From assembly GCA_963804995.1 (NCBI GenBank), contig CAWDSK010000001.1, positions 320,001 to 384,000 on the forward strand: a DNA stretch of 64,000 bases, given 5' to 3'. The notes beneath the pieces were generated by a model. The model saw only the letters and a program-made list of their open reading frames with translations, searched no databases and had not been told where the DNA came from. Below, piece by piece: positions 60,706 through 64,000 of the stretch; the first letter of the stretch is position 1, and the number at the start of each line of letters is the position of its first letter. The DNA is from an uncultured Acidobacteriota bacterium (GTDB taxonomy: Bacteria; Acidobacteriota; Terriglobia; UBA7540). The translations under genes were made by a program, and so were the position numbers.

Positions 60706-63388
60706 TCACAATTGCCGCAGGCCCCCGCCCACAGCTTCCTGCATCTTTGTGTTCGAGCTTCTCGCCTCGATGCCTGAGGTAGAACACGTCAATAGCGCGT
60801 TGTCCTTCCGTATCAATCAGGGCGATTGAAATATCGCATCCCAGGCGAGCCAGCGTTGAGCTGACGTCGAAGAGCAGGCCGGGACGGTCCTGGGCGACGA
60901 ATTCCAGAAGCGTGCTATGCGACGAGGTTTGACTATCAAATCGTACTTGCGTGGCCACGTGGAGCTTGGGTCGTGCTGCCGCGCCTCGGGGGCCTCGGGC
61001 GTTCAAGAGCTTTTCAAGTTCCACCTTACCCTTGAGAACATCGACCAGGCTTTGCCGGAACCGATCTCTTTCGGAGGGGTTCAGCTCCAACGTGCGGTGG
61101 AGATCCACGAATTTAAACGTGTCAAGAACCTGACCCAGGGCGTTCGAGAACGCGTCGGCCTTGATGATACTCATCCCCCAGGCCGCGAGAGTGCCCGTGA
61201 TGGAAGCAAACAGAAACGGCCGATCCCCGGTCACAACGGTCAACTCGAAGTGATGGTTGCGCGGGTGGAGTTCTACGGCGATTCCTTCGGTCTCGAGACG
61301 CCGGACGAGCTCAAAATGCCGGGCGACTTCCTCCGGGGTGTGAGTCGAGAGGTAGCGTTGGGGAAAGCCGTCCAGAAAGGAGCGCAACTCACCAGCGCTC
61401 GCGGGACTTCCCAGTGCGGCCAGAATCCTCTCCATTTCTTCAGACGATGATCCGGTGATGCGCAACCGTTCGTCATCTACGCTGCGCGTGAGGTGGTTGG
61501 CGGTCGCGACATAGAGCTGCCACAAGAGTTCAGCCTTCCATGGCGTAAGGGCTTCGGGGTTGACGGCGCGGATGTCCGCAAAGGTCAGCAGGCAGAGCAT
61601 CTTCAGGCGCTCCACGGAGCCCACCAATTTCGCAAAGTCCCGCACGGTCTCAGGATCAAATACATCCCGGCGCTGGCAGGTTGAGGACATGTCCAGGTGA
61701 TGGGCGATCAGGAACCGAACAGTTTGGCAGTCTTCTTCCGGAAGCTCCAAGCGCGCTGCGATTCCTTCCATGGCCCGCAGGCTGCCGCGCACATGATCCT
61801 GCCCGGGAAGCCCCTTGCCGACGTCGTGAAAAAGCAAGGTCAAATAGAGAACCTCCGGTTGTTCGACTTCCGAAAGTATCTCCTCGAATTTCTGCTCCCA
61901 CCCCGGCCCGGGCCCCGCGGCATCTTTACGCGACGGCCCTGGTTTTCCCGTGGGGAGACCGTGCAAGGTTTCGATGGTCAGGAAGGAGTGCTCATCGACC
62001 GTGTAGCGGTGGTAGAAGTCCCGGATGACCAGCGAGTCGATGGCCTGAAATTCTGGAAACAGTGTGGCAATCAAACCCAGGTGATGCATGCTGCGCAAGG
62101 CGTCGGCAGCGTAGGGTTGGACCAGGACACGCCGGAAATGCCGCCAGAAATGCGGCAGACGATGCCCCTCGCCCGCCAGGCGCGGGGATTCAGCCTCCAC
62201 GAATCTTTCAGCCTCACGGCTCAAGGGGAGTCCATGCCGCGCCACCATTTCAAATAGTCGTAAGAGCAAGCTGGGGTCGGTTTCGAAAGCCGCCGGCTGG
62301 CGGAGAAAGATACAGCCCCGGACCACGGAGAAATCTGCATTCGACAACCGCGAGCGCCAATCCCGATACAGCGCGTACAGGGCCGAGCGCGCCGGAGCGG
62401 TGGCGTCGATCCGCTGCGCCACCAACCGATCCACGACTCGGGCCTGCCGGAAGTAGTTGCGCATCCAATCCGCCGGCGCCAGTCCCTCCGGTGGCCGCAT
62501 GCCCACGTCGTGCGCAGCGGCATGGGCCTGCGCATCATAACTTAACTGGTTGTCATCCCGCGCTTGCAGATAATGAAGGAAGCAACGAGCGTCAGCGAGG
62601 AATCCAAACGCACGTTGGGTCAAGGGATATTCGCGAGCCGGCCACAACTCCCCGGGCAGCATCCAGCGCCCCTTTTTCCCCAGCGCTTCGATTTGGGTCA
62701 GCCAGCGGCAAACGTGAAAATCACGAAGTCCCCCCGGCGCCTCCTTGAGGTTGGGCTCGAGATGAAAGATGGTGTTGCCATACTTGGCATGCCGCTGGCG
62801 AGTCAGCTCAGCCAGATTTCGTACCAATTCTTCGGCGTCCCGTGCCACGAGGTGCGGAACGACATCCTCGTGGAGGCGTACAAAAAGGGTCAGGTCGCCG
62901 GCCAAATACCTCTGGTCAAGCAAGGCAACGTCGAATTCCAAATTGTCACGGTGGAGCCGGCCACACTCCGCCAGGGTGCGCGTGCTATGGCCGACGCGCA
63001 GTCGCAGGTCCCAAAGCGTGCGGAGAACAGTGGCGATGGAGTCACGGTGTGGGGATTGCGCGCTGTCATCCTCGGTCAGAAATAGCAAGTCGATGTCAGA
63101 GTACGGAAACAGCTCATGCCTGCCGTAACCGCCCAAAGCCAATACGCAAAGGCCTCGGGGCCCCTCGACCGCGGGGGAGAGAAATTCCCGATAGAGCGCA
63201 ACCACGATGGCGTCCACAAGGTCTGACCGATCTCGCAAAACCCGCTCGCCGCCTCCGTCCCTGTCGAAGTTCTGCTGGATTCTGCCGGATTCCCGAGTGT
63301 AGTAATCTGCCAGAGACGAAAGGGACACGGTGGAAGGGATCGGCGGTGCGGTTTGAGGTGGTGGGTCAACCGGCATGGATTCCAGCAC
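60706..63388 (-). CDS. glnD: PII uridylyltransferase/uridylyl-removing enzyme; probable +1 error near 60747
   Basis: GGYGR..L.PYSDIDL, NLKE.PGGLRD, HRYTVDEH, HDVGKG and two ACT domains; corrected frame stops at 60706 and removes the overlap with the convergent gene. Confidence 0.92.
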
Positions 63389-63510
63389 TCAGCTCTCACA
63401 TCCTCCAGCCGCCCCGGAAGGTGGCTTCGCCGGCGTATGCCGACCCTACAAGCTGACCGCTGCTAGCTGAGGCTGAGAGCTTAACGCTTTCCCGGGGGCG
63501 CAAACCTGGG

Positions 63511-63849
63511 CTACAAGGCGGCCTCACCGCGCTCCTCGTTGCGGATGCGGATGGCCTCCTCCACGCTGGTCACGAAGATCTTGCCGTCACCGATCTTGCC
63601 GGTTTTGGCGGCGCTCAGGATGGCTTGAATGGCCGCCGTGACCATGCCGTCGGTCACCACCATTTCGATTTTGACCTTGGGAAGAAGGTCCACGGTGTAC
63701 TCGTTGCCACGGTAAACCTCGGTGTGGCCTTTTTGCCGGCCGTGGCCGCGCACTTCGGAAATCGTCATACCCTCCACGCCCACTTCTTGCAGCGCACTTT
63801 TCACCGCCTCGAATCGCGAGGGCTGAACGATAGCTTCGATTTTTTTCAT
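63511..63849 (-). CDS. glnB: Nitrogen regulatory protein PII
   Basis: MKKIEAI, GHGRQKG, T-loop YRGNEY and TGKIGDGKIF motifs; 112 aa; upstream of glnD (glnB versus glnK not distinguishable). Confidence 0.93.
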   Translation of the reverse strand: MKKIEAIVQPSRFEAVKSALQEVGVEGMTISEVRGHGRQKGHTEVYRGNEYTVDLLPKVKIEMVVTDGMVTAAIQAILSAAKTGKIGDGKIFVTSVEEAIRIRNEERGEAAL

Positions 63850-64000
63850 GGCAAAGTTTCCTTTGGAAAGTAGCTCACACCCGACAGCTTACCGCCCACA
63901 GTTACTGTATGCTGTCGGTTGTGAGCTGTATCCTGCCCTTTATGTTTCCAGATTGTAGCCTTCTTCCCCGTGCTGGGACAAATCCAACCCCTGCACTTCG

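Overview
GC-rich bacterial chromosomal segment. Gene content and intergenic repeat style suggest Acidobacteriota (inference, not tested). It carries housekeeping genes (nadK, lysA, tsaB-rimI, tilS-hpt-ftsH-folP, comM-like, holA, glnD-glnB), lutA-lutB, a P5C dehydrogenase, a gmhA-led sugar-phosphate operon and many exported carbohydrate or hydrolase enzymes. Six genes show apparent small indels, most likely sequencing errors. The intergenic DNA is the most unusual part. (1) Three dispersed copies of an unexplained 0.6-0.8 kb element (15.5-16.1, 43.2-44.0 and 51.6-52.4 kb). Each has the perfect palindrome TGGGCTACCGGTAGCCCA 16-17 bp upstream of TTGACA, followed by a roughly helically phased array of an AT-rich motif whose 5' bases are copy-specific. 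(2) A two-gene IS701/IS4-like element (winged-helix ORF plus DDE transposase) inserted in a REP hairpin, duplicating the whole 16-20 bp palindrome. (3) Several REP-like, micro-hairpin and 7/8-mer repeat families. No rRNA, tRNA or CRISPR array was recognised. All family assignments come from motif recognition by eye, not from database searches.
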